64,000 nucleotides of DNA, from the IMG/VR virus record IMGVR_UViG_3300042906_000857, positions 67,297 to 131,296 of that record. The stretch is one strand, 5' to 3'. The notes beneath the pieces were generated by a model that worked only from the letters and a program-made list of their open reading frames with translations, was not told the origin of the DNA and did not search any database. Both the position numbers and the translations under genes were made by a program. Positions 45,055 to 57,196 of this stretch are shown here, in pieces. How positions within the stretch are numbered: the first letter of the stretch is position 1; each line of letters starts with the position of its first letter. The DNA comes from a virus (taxonomy: Duplodnaviria; Heunggongvirae; Uroviricota; Caudoviricetes).

Positions 45055-46404
45055 TTACATCAAGTTTTTAACTTGGAAAATACGGTAGTAAACATTACTA
45101 CGAGCATTCAATGCACCGTTACCAGTTGTCAAACCAGTTGCGAATGGGTTTGCAACCATGCCGTAACGAGTTTTGAAACCGATTTTAGGTTGGAATGTAT
45201 ATTGGTCAACCGCACGAACCATTTGTAGAGGAACGTATGGGCAATAGAACAAACCAGCATCATAAGGAGAAGAACCCTTATAACCAACTGTTACCAATTC
45301 TTGGTTGGATGTGTATCCACCAAAGTATGGGTCGATGTACACTTTGATACGACCGTGTAACATACCTGCGAAGGTGTTACCAGTGTCATCAACTTGCAAG
45401 TCAGCAGACAAAGCAGGAGTGTATTGTAACACACCAGCCATCGCCATTGCGGAAGCAACGTCAGATGATACAATCATCACGTTACCTTTACCACGACGAG
45501 TTTGTTTAGCAATAACGTTAGCATCACGTTCGATTTGGAAAATCAAACCTTTGAAACGTTCAACTGACCAACGACCGTTAGAGTCTGTATCCAAGTCGAA
45601 AGAACCAGCAGTTGTAGTACCATACTGAGCACCGGCAACAGCGCAAGTATAGATAGTACGGATAACTTCACGGTTAATTTCAGCCAAGATTTCTGTAGAC
45701 AGAATGTTTGACAATTCTGTTTCAGCATCTAGACCATGGATTGCTTTCAAGTCTTGAGCGAGTTCAAGTGAGTACTCAGCTTTCAACGCACGGGATTGAG
45801 CAGTAACAGTAACCTTCTCGATAGAGAAAGCCATTTGACTGAACATACCTGTATCAGTATCAGCACCCAAACCTTCAGCACGACTTGTTGGCATGCCGAT
45901 ACCAGTTGTGTAACTGTTAGCAACCAAATCACCACCAGCATTTGTTACAATGTCAGTTGCGTTGTTACCACGGAAACCGTATGGATTTGCAGCAGAACCA
46001 GCACCAGAGAACAATGTGTTTGCTTCATTGAAGAAAGCTTCATTGCTGTTTGATGGACCACCAGATTGTGTGTTGTAACGAGCACGCATCGCAAAGATCA
46101 AGCCTGTTGGGCCTGTCATTGGTTGAACGCCAGCAACATCATAAGCAATTAGGTTAGGCAACGCACGGCGAACCAAACTAATCAAGATTGGGTCGTAGTT
46201 AGAAATGCCAGCACCTGTTGCATTACCAGGAGTTGCAGAGTAAGTAGTCTCGTTCAATGCTTGTGCATCGGTAGACATAGCTTGTTGTTGGTTTTCCAAA
46301 ACCAAAGCTGTAACAGCCTTTTTGTATGGATCTTTAATCGCTTCTAATTCTGGGTGTTCCAGAACTGGTTGCCATTTTTTTTGTAGTTCTTCGGTTAGAA
46401 ACAT
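45055..46404 (-). CDS. gp23: Major capsid protein
   Basis: VQPMTGPTGLIFAMR, SRALKAEYSLELAQDLKAIHGLDAE, KTRYG. Confidence 0.98.
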   Translation of the reverse strand: MFLTEELQKKWQPVLEHPELEAIKDPYKKAVTALVLENQQQAMSTDAQALNETTYSATPGNATGAGISNYDPILISLVRRALPNLIAYDVAGVQPMTGPTGLIFAMRARYNTQSGGPSNSNEAFFNEANTLFSGAGSAANPYGFRGNNATDIVTNAGGDLVANSYTTGIGMPTSRAEGLGADTDTGMFSQMAFSIEKVTVTAQSRALKAEYSLELAQDLKAIHGLDAETELSNILSTEILAEINREVIRTIYTCAVAGAQYGTTTAGSFDLDTDSNGRWSVERFKGLIFQIERDANVIAKQTRRGKGNVMIVSSDVASAMAMAGVLQYTPALSADLQVDDTGNTFAGMLHGRIKVYIDPYFGGYTSNQELVTVGYKGSSPYDAGLFYCPYVPLQMVRAVDQYTFQPKIGFKTRYGMVANPFATGLTTGNGALNARSNVYYRIFQVKNLM

Positions 46405-46445
46405 TAGTTTTCTCCTTGTTAGTTTCTGTTAGTGGTAAAGTTTAT

Positions 46446-47717
46446 TTATTTAGCCACTGTTTTAGATATTGCGGATGCGTATTGTGCCATTGCTGGGTCA
46501 CCTGAAACAGAAGTTTTAGGTTCATCTTCAATTAACACTTCTTCATTTAGAGCAGAACTGTTTCCAGACTTAACTTTGTTTTGAAAGTATGAATCTACCA
46601 AAGTTTCTAGTTTATGTCCAAATTCTTCCTCAGTAGTAAACTCAACGCTCTCTGCGAGTGTTTTCAATTTTTCTACTTGGGTCTGCGTCAGGCCTTCACA
46701 TACTGCATGTATAGCCTCTGTCTTTTTGTGTTCGTTAAGTTCTCTTTTCATTGCAACAGAAGATTTGATTTGTTCGTTGATTGAAGATTCTAATTGTTCA
46801 ACCTTAGTTGTCAATTCTTCAACAACATCAACTTTTTCTTCTGGAATGTCGATATAGTGTTCTGTGAATAGGTCACGCATACCACGGATGAAATCTTCAA
46901 CGATTTCGGAACGTAGACCAGATTCGATAGCCAATTGATTTTCTTTAAAGAATTCTTCAGCCATATAGTCGATGTACTCATCTAACTTGGTAGCCAAATC
47001 TTCTTTAACTGTTTCAACAGCAGATTCAAATTCTTCAAACAGAGCTTCTTCAACTTCTTCCACAATAGATTGTGAACGAGCAATAACTGCTGCTTCGAAA
47101 ATTGTAGTTGCTTTCTCTTTGAATTCTTCGGAAAGACTTTCACCAGAAAGAAGTGCGCCAACGTCTTGGTCCATTTGTTCTTTCATTTTTTGTTTCTTCA
47201 TCATCTTCTTAATCATGGCCGCATCTTGTGCTGAATCTTCATGACCTTTTTCTTCTTTTTCTTCAGCAACTACTGTCTCATCATTTTCTACTTCTTCTGG
47301 AACAGCATGGAAAGTAGCGCCTGGATTAGACTTCATAGTTTGTGTAGCAAGTTTTGCCTTGATACGGTCACGAATTGCTGAGTAGTCAGTCGCAGCAGCT
47401 TGTTGAACTGCGTGTTCTGAACCTTCTGAGTCAGCAGGTCCGCTTAGTTTGGAACCTGGTTGCGAACCTACTGGAGGTGTTGCACCTGGAGGTGTTGCGC
47501 TTGGTGTACCTTTGGTGTAGTCTGGTTTGCCATCGGCAAGTTTGTCTACAACGTCAGCAACTTGTCCAACATCTTTGGTGCCATAAGCAACCGCAGCGGA
47601 TAGTTTTGATGCACCGTCTTTGCCACCACGTTTTGATGAAAGGTTAGCTTCAAAGTTTTCTTTAGCACCTTCTGTCAAAATGTTTTTAGCGGCGTCTGTC
47701 AGATTAAATTTTCCCAT
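46446..47717 (-). CDS. gp22: Prohead core scaffold protein
   Basis: Acidic coiled coil, LSEEFKEKATTIFEAA; TATAAATA at 47753-47746. Confidence 0.9.
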   Translation of the reverse strand: MGKFNLTDAAKNILTEGAKENFEANLSSKRGGKDGASKLSAAVAYGTKDVGQVADVVDKLADGKPDYTKGTPSATPPGATPPVGSQPGSKLSGPADSEGSEHAVQQAAATDYSAIRDRIKAKLATQTMKSNPGATFHAVPEEVENDETVVAEEKEEKGHEDSAQDAAMIKKMMKKQKMKEQMDQDVGALLSGESLSEEFKEKATTIFEAAVIARSQSIVEEVEEALFEEFESAVETVKEDLATKLDEYIDYMAEEFFKENQLAIESGLRSEIVEDFIRGMRDLFTEHYIDIPEEKVDVVEELTTKVEQLESSINEQIKSSVAMKRELNEHKKTEAIHAVCEGLTQTQVEKLKTLAESVEFTTEEEFGHKLETLVDSYFQNKVKSGNSSALNEEVLIEDEPKTSVSGDPAMAQYASAISKTVAK

Positions 47718-47754
47718 TTTGAGAATCTCCTTGATTTATATTGGATATTTATAA

Positions 47755-48399
47755 TTAAAGTTTTTTAAGGAAGTTTTCGAAGATACTTAAACTTACTGCT
47801 TCGATTTCTTTACTTGAGGCCTGACGAATTTCTTGTTTGGCCTCCTCGTACTGTTGTTCCGACCAAACGCCGTTTACCAACATCCACTCTTTACCTTCCA
47901 TAATTCCTTGTACGAAAGCACCAGGGGCAGAAGGGTCTGCTACAATATCTGCCGCTGTGGCTAGATGAAAGTCTCCTTGAACGACATTGATGCCGTTTTC
48001 CATTTTAAGGGAACCCATACCACGAGAAGATACACCTAATTGTGCGCCGCCCTCGATAAGACTCCTTGCAATGTTACCCATAGGGGTTTCAAGAATTTTT
48101 GCTTTGCCTATCCAAGCATTTCCCTCTTGTCGTAAACCAACAATTAAATGTGATACACGGTCAAGGTTAATAGATGGGGTGTCTGGATGACCCAGTTCAC
48201 CAAAGGCACGATTTTTTGAAATGTATTCTTCTGAATAACGATTAACTTCATTACGCATAGTTTCTTCTTTATACATGCGTTTGTTTTTGTTAACCGATTC
48301 AGCTACTAGAAACGGACCTTCAATGAAAAGAGTTTTCTTTCCATCTTTTTCTTCCGTTAAATAACTTACTGACTCTGAGAGTTCTCGTATTAGTTTCAT
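47755..48399 (-). CDS. gp21: Prohead protease
   Basis: GELGHP, GVSSRGMGS, DIVADPSAP. Confidence 0.97.
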   Translation of the reverse strand: MKLIRELSESVSYLTEEKDGKKTLFIEGPFLVAESVNKNKRMYKEETMRNEVNRYSEEYISKNRAFGELGHPDTPSINLDRVSHLIVGLRQEGNAWIGKAKILETPMGNIARSLIEGGAQLGVSSRGMGSLKMENGINVVQGDFHLATAADIVADPSAPGAFVQGIMEGKEWMLVNGVWSEQQYEEAKQEIRQASSKEIEAVSLSIFENFLKKL

Positions 48400-48407
48400 T
48401 TTAGTCC

Positions 48408-48932
48408 TTATGGTCTAATGGCGTAACTGCCATAGTTAAATGCAGCAGGATCATTAAATTGACCACGTTGATAGTATTCGTTTTCTTTACGTACTTCTAA
48501 GATGATTGTATAAACACTGTTTGCAACCATACCTCTAGTAATAAGTCCAATGTCACCAAGACAATTCGCAGTTGCTTTAGCATCATTCGGTATTGTTGTC
48601 CAATTGCCCATACCGTCAAATTCACCATTTCCATTTAGATGGAAAATGTATTTAACTGTGTCAGCATGCCAGAATAAACTTACTTGGCCGGCGCCATCTG
48701 CACAATCATACCAAACACGATTGATTGCTAAACCGTAATATGGCAACGGGCCTGTGTTTGCGGTTGAAGAAAGTAAATTTGCTTTTGAACTATCTAATGC
48801 ACCAGATAATGTGTTTGCTTGAATTCTTCGGTGGTCATTCTCTTGGCCAGTACCATCAAAAAACCCAGTCAATTTAATAACTGCATGTTCTGTTGTGTCT
48901 TTAATGACTTGATATCCATATGAATTTGCCAT
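48408..48932 (-). CDS. Conserved head-region hypothetical protein
   Basis: 174 aa between gp20 and gp21; TATAAATA at 48967-48960. Confidence 0.6.
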   Translation of the reverse strand: MANSYGYQVIKDTTEHAVIKLTGFFDGTGQENDHRRIQANTLSGALDSSKANLLSSTANTGPLPYYGLAINRVWYDCADGAGQVSLFWHADTVKYIFHLNGNGEFDGMGNWTTIPNDAKATANCLGDIGLITRGMVANSVYTIILEVRKENEYYQRGQFNDPAAFNYGSYAIRP

Positions 48933-48981
48933 TTGTAATCCCTGTTATTGTTTAGATAATATTTATATAATTATAATGAGA

Positions 48982-49164
48982 TTAAGATTCTTCAGCTTCA
49001 GGCTCTGGTTGAACATTGTCACCCATTAAATTCTTTGCAACTTCAGCTTTATGTGCCTCTATGTGAGACATAACTCTATCTGAAATAGCAGAATACAATG
49101 CATCACGCATTTCTTTTGCGTTGTCTTGTTCAGCATAGTCTACAATTGTTCGTGCTTGTTCCAT
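48982..49164 (-). CDS. Small acidic prohead core protein (gp67-like position)
   Basis: 60 aa, AGGAG SD, directly after the portal gene. Confidence 0.55.
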   Translation of the reverse strand: MEQARTIVDYAEQDNAKEMRDALYSAISDRVMSHIEAHKAEVAKNLMGDNVQPEPEAEES

Positions 49165-49177
49165 GTTTCTCTCCTAA

Positions 49178-50869
49178 TTATAATATACGTTTCAATTTAG
49201 TGAACGTGTTTTCCAAAATTAAATCACCTTCTGGTGTATCGTTTTCTTCTTTTTTGGAAGAAGTTTTCTTCATGTCAGCTTGCGCTTTTAAATCTTCTGG
49301 ATGAGTTGGTTGTGCAGGTATGCTACTCATCATCTGTTGTTGTGCAATGTCATTAGATACACCTACTGGTATACCTAAACCTTCTTCTTTTTCTTTATCT
49401 ATCTGTTTCTGAATTACTTTAATTTCATCATCATTCATACGCAATACATTTTGTTGTATCCATTGTTGAGAGAAATATCTTCCAGTATAAGGATCAACAG
49501 CAGATAACAGTGACAATCTTTGCGTCATTAATTCCGCTTCTTTAAGTTCGGAGAAATTATTGTCTTTAATAAAGTCGTAATGTACGTTTTCTTTAAACAA
49601 ATCCCATTCTTCATTTGTACAGACACCTTTTAGTACACACTGTACACGCAAAGCCTGGTCAAATACATCCGAGAATTTGCTTCGTAGTCTATCAACAAAC
49701 TTAGAAAACTTTAATTCATCACGAGTAATTTCTGATGTACGTCCCAATGAGAAACCTTGATTGGGTTCTAAACGAGAGATAGGTACACTCAAAGCACCAT
49801 ATAATTTCTTTTGGAAGTACTTAACGTCTTCCAGTTCACCCAGGTTTTGACCACCAGGCAATGTTGTAATCTCTGTACCTTTACCACCTTCACGGCGAGG
49901 TAACCAAAAATCTTCAAGCATAGACATATGTTTACGGTCATCACGTACTTCACCTGTGTTTGAATCATACACAAGTTTGTTTTTGTACTTAACCATAATG
50001 TCACGCAGATATTGTTCCGCTTTTAATTTCGGTAAGTTACCTACGTCAATATAAAATATACGGCGTTCTGGTGCTCTCGAAATACGATATATGACCGTTG
50101 CATCCTCAATCATACGTAATTGATTGAGTGGTTTAATTGCTTTATGTAGATAACTCAGCACGACCGCACGGCGTGAATCCATAAGGCCAGAAACGACCGA
50201 AATGATAGAGTCAGTAGTAATGCGTACACCTGTTGGACCGTAGTTGGAAGAACTTCCTGTCACGACCTTGTCATTGTATATGTAATACTCATTAACCGGT
50301 TTCATAATGTCCGCACCAGTGCGTTCATCTTTTTGTTTTTTGATTTCTCGTACCTTACGTAACTTACGTGGGTCGATGTATCTTAACTCTTTAATACCTT
50401 CTTGTGGATTATCACGGTCAATAATGATGTGATAATACATTCTACCGTCAACATAGTAACGGCGAAAAATATCTTGAGCCATATTTTGATAGTTAATCAA
50501 ACGAAGAATATTATTAAATTCTTCCTTAATGGCCTTCTTAATTTTATCATTTTGCTTCAAGTCATCCAAAACAATCTCGGTAATTTTACCGTCATCATCT
50601 TGAACAATAGCTTCATTAACTATATCATCTATCGCCGATTCAATTTCAGGTTGCATTGCCATCTCACGGTATCGAGAAATGAGTTCTACCTCATTCTTTG
50701 CAGTACCATCAAGGTCAACGTATGTGCCATAGTAAGCGGCAGATGTAATAGTTAATGCACCATCATCCGAACTTGGAGGTGCGAATGACTGTTGCGTAGT
50801 CGATTCTTCTTCATCCTTTGCACGGGATATAGTGAAACCGAAAAGTGAAAATTTATTTGTATTTGCCAT
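49178..50869 (-). CDS. gp20: Portal protein
   Basis: YRISRAPERRIFYIDVGNLPK, EDFWLPRREGGKGTEI. Confidence 0.98.
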   Translation of the reverse strand: MANTNKFSLFGFTISRAKDEEESTTQQSFAPPSSDDGALTITSAAYYGTYVDLDGTAKNEVELISRYREMAMQPEIESAIDDIVNEAIVQDDDGKITEIVLDDLKQNDKIKKAIKEEFNNILRLINYQNMAQDIFRRYYVDGRMYYHIIIDRDNPQEGIKELRYIDPRKLRKVREIKKQKDERTGADIMKPVNEYYIYNDKVVTGSSSNYGPTGVRITTDSIISVVSGLMDSRRAVVLSYLHKAIKPLNQLRMIEDATVIYRISRAPERRIFYIDVGNLPKLKAEQYLRDIMVKYKNKLVYDSNTGEVRDDRKHMSMLEDFWLPRREGGKGTEITTLPGGQNLGELEDVKYFQKKLYGALSVPISRLEPNQGFSLGRTSEITRDELKFSKFVDRLRSKFSDVFDQALRVQCVLKGVCTNEEWDLFKENVHYDFIKDNNFSELKEAELMTQRLSLLSAVDPYTGRYFSQQWIQQNVLRMNDDEIKVIQKQIDKEKEEGLGIPVGVSNDIAQQQMMSSIPAQPTHPEDLKAQADMKKTSSKKEENDTPEGDLILENTFTKLKRIL

Positions 50870-50892
50870 ATATTGTGTGTAATTATAAAATC

Positions 50893-50923
50893 AAAAAAAC
50901 ATTGGAGGGCACTAGGCCCTCCA
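50893..50923 (-). terminator. Intrinsic terminator after gp19
   Basis: TGGAGGGC-CTAGT-GCCCTCCA then a U-rich tract. Confidence 0.75.
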
Positions 50924-50929
50924 CTAATA

Positions 50930-51472
50930 TCAAGTTGTTGTGTCTGTTTCCCAGAATTGATAAGCAAACGTTGCAGTATACTCCTCAATTGCGTCATTTG
51001 AACCCCAATCTAGGTCGATTGGTGCCAAATCAAGTGGGAACACACCAACAAATTTATACCTCTTCAATTCGTTACCAGTTTTTCCGTATTGTATTACACT
51101 AGCGTCAATTGAATATCCGTTGGAACTCAAAGCCGCAGCATTTCTTACATTACCCGAATGACTATTGATAGTATTCATCCAGTTTTCTAAAGAATTTCTG
51201 ATAACAAAATCTTCATCGTTAATAATTGTCAATGTCCAGTCGGCGAAACTTCTGTTGCCAGCAAATTTCATTTCACGACCGAAGTAGTAAACAGGAACAG
51301 TACCTATTGTAGAGCCTGGTAGTTGAGCTGTCTTTGCCATAAATGTTATTTTTTGGCCAGCAGCTGTAGCGTTTTGTACGATTGTTGGGAATATTAGAGA
51401 AACCGAAAACAGATTAGGACGGGCACCGTCTCCAATCATGTTCGCTCTAAATTCTGATACATTGAATGCCAT
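50930..51472 (-). CDS. gp19: Tail tube protein
   Basis: GDGARPNLF, KFAGNRSFADWT, IEEYTATFAYQ. Confidence 0.96.
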   Translation of the reverse strand: MAFNVSEFRANMIGDGARPNLFSVSLIFPTIVQNATAAGQKITFMAKTAQLPGSTIGTVPVYYFGREMKFAGNRSFADWTLTIINDEDFVIRNSLENWMNTINSHSGNVRNAAALSSNGYSIDASVIQYGKTGNELKRYKFVGVFPLDLAPIDLDWGSNDAIEEYTATFAYQFWETDTTT

Positions 51473-51498
51473 TGTTTTCTCCTATTATCGTTTATTTA

Positions 51499-53190
51499 TT
51501 AAGCTGCACCAACGATTGTCACGAAGTCAACACCAGTTCCAACTGCAATAAAGTTTAATTGGATGTAGTTAACGGAACGAGCAGGCTTAATGTATATATC
51601 ACCAACAAATTGGTTGCTATCAATAACCTGTTGTGTATTATTAGTTGAATCGCAAACAACTCTGAAATCAGTAATACCACGGCGACCTTGGATTTCACGC
51701 AAGAACGGAGCGACTAAAGCAATAAACTGTGATCTTGTGAATTCATCATTCAACTCAAACATAGAATACTTGGCTGCTTGTGCAATTGACTTTTCAAGTG
51801 TGATAAACAATCTACGAACATTGATACGGTCAAACGCAGAAGGTTTTGCCAACAACGTTTTATCACCAAACAACAATGTACCTTGACCTGGCATTGAGAT
51901 AACAGGATTAACACCTGCTGCATACAATGTATCACGGAAAGATTTTGTTGGGTTCCAAGCTAACTTGATACTGTTTTTAATTGCACCACGATTGAAACCT
52001 GCTGGTGAGAACCATGGGTCTCTGTTGTTGTCTGTGAAAACACAAAGACCAGCAATATCACCATTCAAAGGTATCCAACGGTATGAATTGTTATATTTGT
52101 CGAATTGATATTTCCAACCAGAATCGGCAACAACGTATGAAGAACTTCTTGATAGTGCGGTTAACCAGTTTAAAATGTTTGAAGTTTCTGAACCAGCTTG
52201 ATTAACAACGTCAACGTAACGTGGAGAAATGAACGCCACGCAATCTGCACGACCAACAGCAAGTGTGTCGATAACATATTGTTGAACTGTAACTGAGTGT
52301 CCGCCTGTTAGAACCAACGCAACATCAATACTTTCCTTATTTGAAAATAAGTCATACGCTAATTGTATGTTACCGTCAGTAGGAACAGCATTCGTACCTG
52401 ATGTTAAGTTGGTAACAATGTTTGTCAACGGACGGCCGAATGTTCTTCCTGCTGCCGTTCTATCCCAAGTTGAACTTGTTGTTGCATAATCAACAGGACT
52501 CATTGAGTAAACGTATTTTGAGTTGTTAGATATAACTTGTTTGTAATAGTTTGTATTGCCATTGATTGTTGCGTCAGACGCAGCTGAGACAAAACCGTAA
52601 GTTTCTAATACAGAACCAGCTGAACCTGTTAACAAACCGTCTTGGTCAACTACAACGATGTGCATTTCATCACTTGCACCATTTACTGAACTTGCATATT
52701 CAGATGTACCTGGTGCGGATGTAAAGTAGTTTTTGTATGCCCAAGTACCATAAGTTGTAGTATTTGCACAAACATGAACAGTCACGGAGTTACCTAGTGT
52801 ACCAGGATATCTTGCAACAAAAGCTCCATAAGCATTACTGTTGTCAACGTCAAGGTATGCAGCTTCGTAAACATCTTCATTTTTAATCTGTATGTTACTT
52901 CCGTTACCGTCAGTTGCGTTGTTAGCAAGATTGCCAACCGCACGTACTATATTTAAGTTATTACCATAAGATAAGAAACTAGATGCGGTAAAAAATGATA
53001 CTGCTGAACCCGAATCTGGCTTACCGTAGGTTTTAACAAGTGTAAGCTCACTGTCTATTTGTTTTACTTTCTCTGCTGGACCCCATTGGAATGTCCCAGC
53101 AAATGCACCGGCCGTTTGTTGCGTAGAAGGTACAACTGTTGTTGCATCAATTTCCGACACATTTACGCCTGGAGAGATTTGAAATGCCAT
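51499..53190 (-). CDS. gp18: Tail sheath protein
   Basis: SPGVNVSEID, WFSPAGFNRG, RINVRRLF. Confidence 0.97.
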   Translation of the reverse strand: MAFQISPGVNVSEIDATTVVPSTQQTAGAFAGTFQWGPAEKVKQIDSELTLVKTYGKPDSGSAVSFFTASSFLSYGNNLNIVRAVGNLANNATDGNGSNIQIKNEDVYEAAYLDVDNSNAYGAFVARYPGTLGNSVTVHVCANTTTYGTWAYKNYFTSAPGTSEYASSVNGASDEMHIVVVDQDGLLTGSAGSVLETYGFVSAASDATINGNTNYYKQVISNNSKYVYSMSPVDYATTSSTWDRTAAGRTFGRPLTNIVTNLTSGTNAVPTDGNIQLAYDLFSNKESIDVALVLTGGHSVTVQQYVIDTLAVGRADCVAFISPRYVDVVNQAGSETSNILNWLTALSRSSSYVVADSGWKYQFDKYNNSYRWIPLNGDIAGLCVFTDNNRDPWFSPAGFNRGAIKNSIKLAWNPTKSFRDTLYAAGVNPVISMPGQGTLLFGDKTLLAKPSAFDRINVRRLFITLEKSIAQAAKYSMFELNDEFTRSQFIALVAPFLREIQGRRGITDFRVVCDSTNNTQQVIDSNQFVGDIYIKPARSVNYIQLNFIAVGTGVDFVTIVGAA

Positions 53191-53267
53191 TTTATTCTCC
53201 TTGAATTATTATGTTCTCTTGGCAAAATACCATATAGTATATTTATGAAACGCTGGATTTACAAATT

Positions 53268-54947
53268 TCACAAGTCTTTTCTAAAGAAGTTTGCGTATGT
53301 TTCTCCACCATCAGCGAGTTCCCATATATCATCACCAATTATCTCGAAGTCGTGTTCTAAACCATCTTCAATAATTGGTGCTGGCAAAAGGTCCTCATCC
53401 ATTTGATTCATATTTTCTAACTGAATCTGTTTACGAATGTCGTGATTTACAATTTCTTTGAAGTATTGCTGAGTTGTTACCCATGCAAATATCACCAAAG
53501 ACATAACCAAGTCATCATTTGCACCATCTTCCGCACTAAATGAGTTCTTTTGTTGAACAAACGTAGTCAATTCGGAGTAAGTATCAAAATCATTAATAAC
53601 TAATTTGTCACCTTCAATCAAGGTTTTTAGGTTGGAACAACCAATTGCCTTAACTTGAGGTGACATTTTCAGGCCCATTTGAATACCACGAGCAAATCCT
53701 GCTGATAGTTGTTGTGGTTTCTTGTTGCCTGTAAATACTTTCCATAGATTCTCATACTCAAAATCTGCGTGTAGTGAGTCTGCAACCTGTGGATTATTAT
53801 TTATTTCTATTAAAACATACGCATCATTGTAATACTTGGCTGCATTGTATATGACGGTAGGATATAAAATTGGTGTGATTGACGAACTTTTATACACCGC
53901 AACTTGTTTGTATGGTGTTTCTGATATGTCTATAACTTGAAATGCAGAACTGTCCAGATTCTTACCTTCTGAAACGTCAACACAAATTGCATATAGGTGG
54001 TCTGTATTACTCTCGTTTACACCTTCTTTGACTGGGTGTTCATATATCTTCAACATATCATGGTTGGCAATTGGATCACTGTATGCCAACTGTTGAAGTT
54101 TATAACCAGATATTAGAGTATTGGTAGAACCTAAGAACTCAGTTTCAAACTCTTGCTTGAATTGTCGTTCAGAGGTGTTGCGAATTGTTTCTTCTTTCCA
54201 TTTCTCATCACGGCCTGGTACCATTGACCAGTGAATCTCAAAGTTTATATAATTATTTTTCTTGTTCAAAGAATCCATCCACAACTTGTAGAACAGATTC
54301 ATACCGTTAGGTGTTGACACAATAATAATCTTTGTCTTTTTACCAGATGAAATTACAGGATAAACGGAGTTAAAGAATTCTTCTGCAATATTATTAGGAA
54401 CGAAAGCAAATTCGTCCAAGAATACAATGTTAAAAGAACCACCTCGAATGGCGGAACTAGATGTGGACGCAGCGATAATCTTAGAACCGTTCTCTAGTTC
54501 AACGTTACCTTTATTCCAGGTAAGAACACCTTGTTGCAACCACATTGGTAAATTCTCATAAGCCAATTGGTATTTTGAAAGAATGTCTCTTGCAAGAGAA
54601 CCTTTGTTTGCCAGAACGGCACAGTTTTGTGTGTCAGTAAAGATAGTTGCCCACAACATATAAGCAACAGTGGTTGTTGTTTTTCCAACCTGACGAGGAC
54701 ATTTAGTAATAACGAAACGATTGGATGCAAACAACCGAATCATTTCCTCTTGAAACCCCCACATCGCAAAGTTGATTAGACCTTCATCAACGTTGACAAT
54801 TTTAATATAGTTTTTGGCAAAGTATACCGGATCACTTGCACATTTAACATATTCATCAATCTGTTCTTTGGTGTACTCTACCTTAACGCCAGCCTTCTTT
54901 AATAAGGGATTGTCCCGGTATGCATCACCACTATGCAATTCACTCAT
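53268..54947 (-). CDS. gp17: Terminase large subunit
   Basis: PRQVGKTT, LDEFAF, STPNG, DDLVM. Confidence 0.97.
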   Translation of the reverse strand: MSELHSGDAYRDNPLLKKAGVKVEYTKEQIDEYVKCASDPVYFAKNYIKIVNVDEGLINFAMWGFQEEMIRLFASNRFVITKCPRQVGKTTTTVAYMLWATIFTDTQNCAVLANKGSLARDILSKYQLAYENLPMWLQQGVLTWNKGNVELENGSKIIAASTSSSAIRGGSFNIVFLDEFAFVPNNIAEEFFNSVYPVISSGKKTKIIIVSTPNGMNLFYKLWMDSLNKKNNYINFEIHWSMVPGRDEKWKEETIRNTSERQFKQEFETEFLGSTNTLISGYKLQQLAYSDPIANHDMLKIYEHPVKEGVNESNTDHLYAICVDVSEGKNLDSSAFQVIDISETPYKQVAVYKSSSITPILYPTVIYNAAKYYNDAYVLIEINNNPQVADSLHADFEYENLWKVFTGNKKPQQLSAGFARGIQMGLKMSPQVKAIGCSNLKTLIEGDKLVINDFDTYSELTTFVQQKNSFSAEDGANDDLVMSLVIFAWVTTQQYFKEIVNHDIRKQIQLENMNQMDEDLLPAPIIEDGLEHDFEIIGDDIWELADGGETYANFFRKDL

Positions 54948-55354
54948 TCTTTACCTCTGAGTAACTTATTCAATTCAGCAGTAGAACCTATGAATATAGC
55001 TTTATCTATTTTAGTGTCTCCATCTTTTTCGGGACCATTCATAACACGCATCTGTTTCTGTACTGCTAATAGTTCTTTGTTTGCATCTACTACGTTTTTT
55101 AATAGTGTGCCATAGACCTCAAAGGCTCGTGGGTGTTGTCCTGCTTTGGCGATATTCAATATTTCATCCATGGCATCTTTGCCTTGGTCAATCAACTCTT
55201 GTAAATTATCTTTAGTCTGTTGATATGCATCAGCCAAATCTTCTTTTAGGTCTGGTTCATTTGTATCTGGTGTTACAGTGACTAAACTTTTTTCTTTAGG
55301 TTCAATCGGTGTAACATCAAATATTTTTTCCATATTCTTGTCAAATGTATTCAT
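54944..55354 (-). CDS. gp16: Terminase small subunit
   Basis: Start MNTFDK; HPRAFEV, IFIGSTAELNKLL. Confidence 0.9.
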   Translation of the reverse strand: MNTFDKNMEKIFDVTPIEPKEKSLVTVTPDTNEPDLKEDLADAYQQTKDNLQELIDQGKDAMDEILNIAKAGQHPRAFEVYGTLLKNVVDANKELLAVQKQMRVMNGPEKDGDTKIDKAIFIGSTAELNKLLRGKE

Positions 55355-55370
55355 ATTATTTTCCATAAAA

Positions 55371-57176
<1,806 letters not shown>

Positions 57177-57196
57177 TTATTTCTCTCATTTATTGT

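Noticed and set aside
14127-54947. Introns or inteins in gp43, gp41, gp46, gp17 or gp23
   Set aside because: All are continuous ORFs of normal length with no intein motifs.
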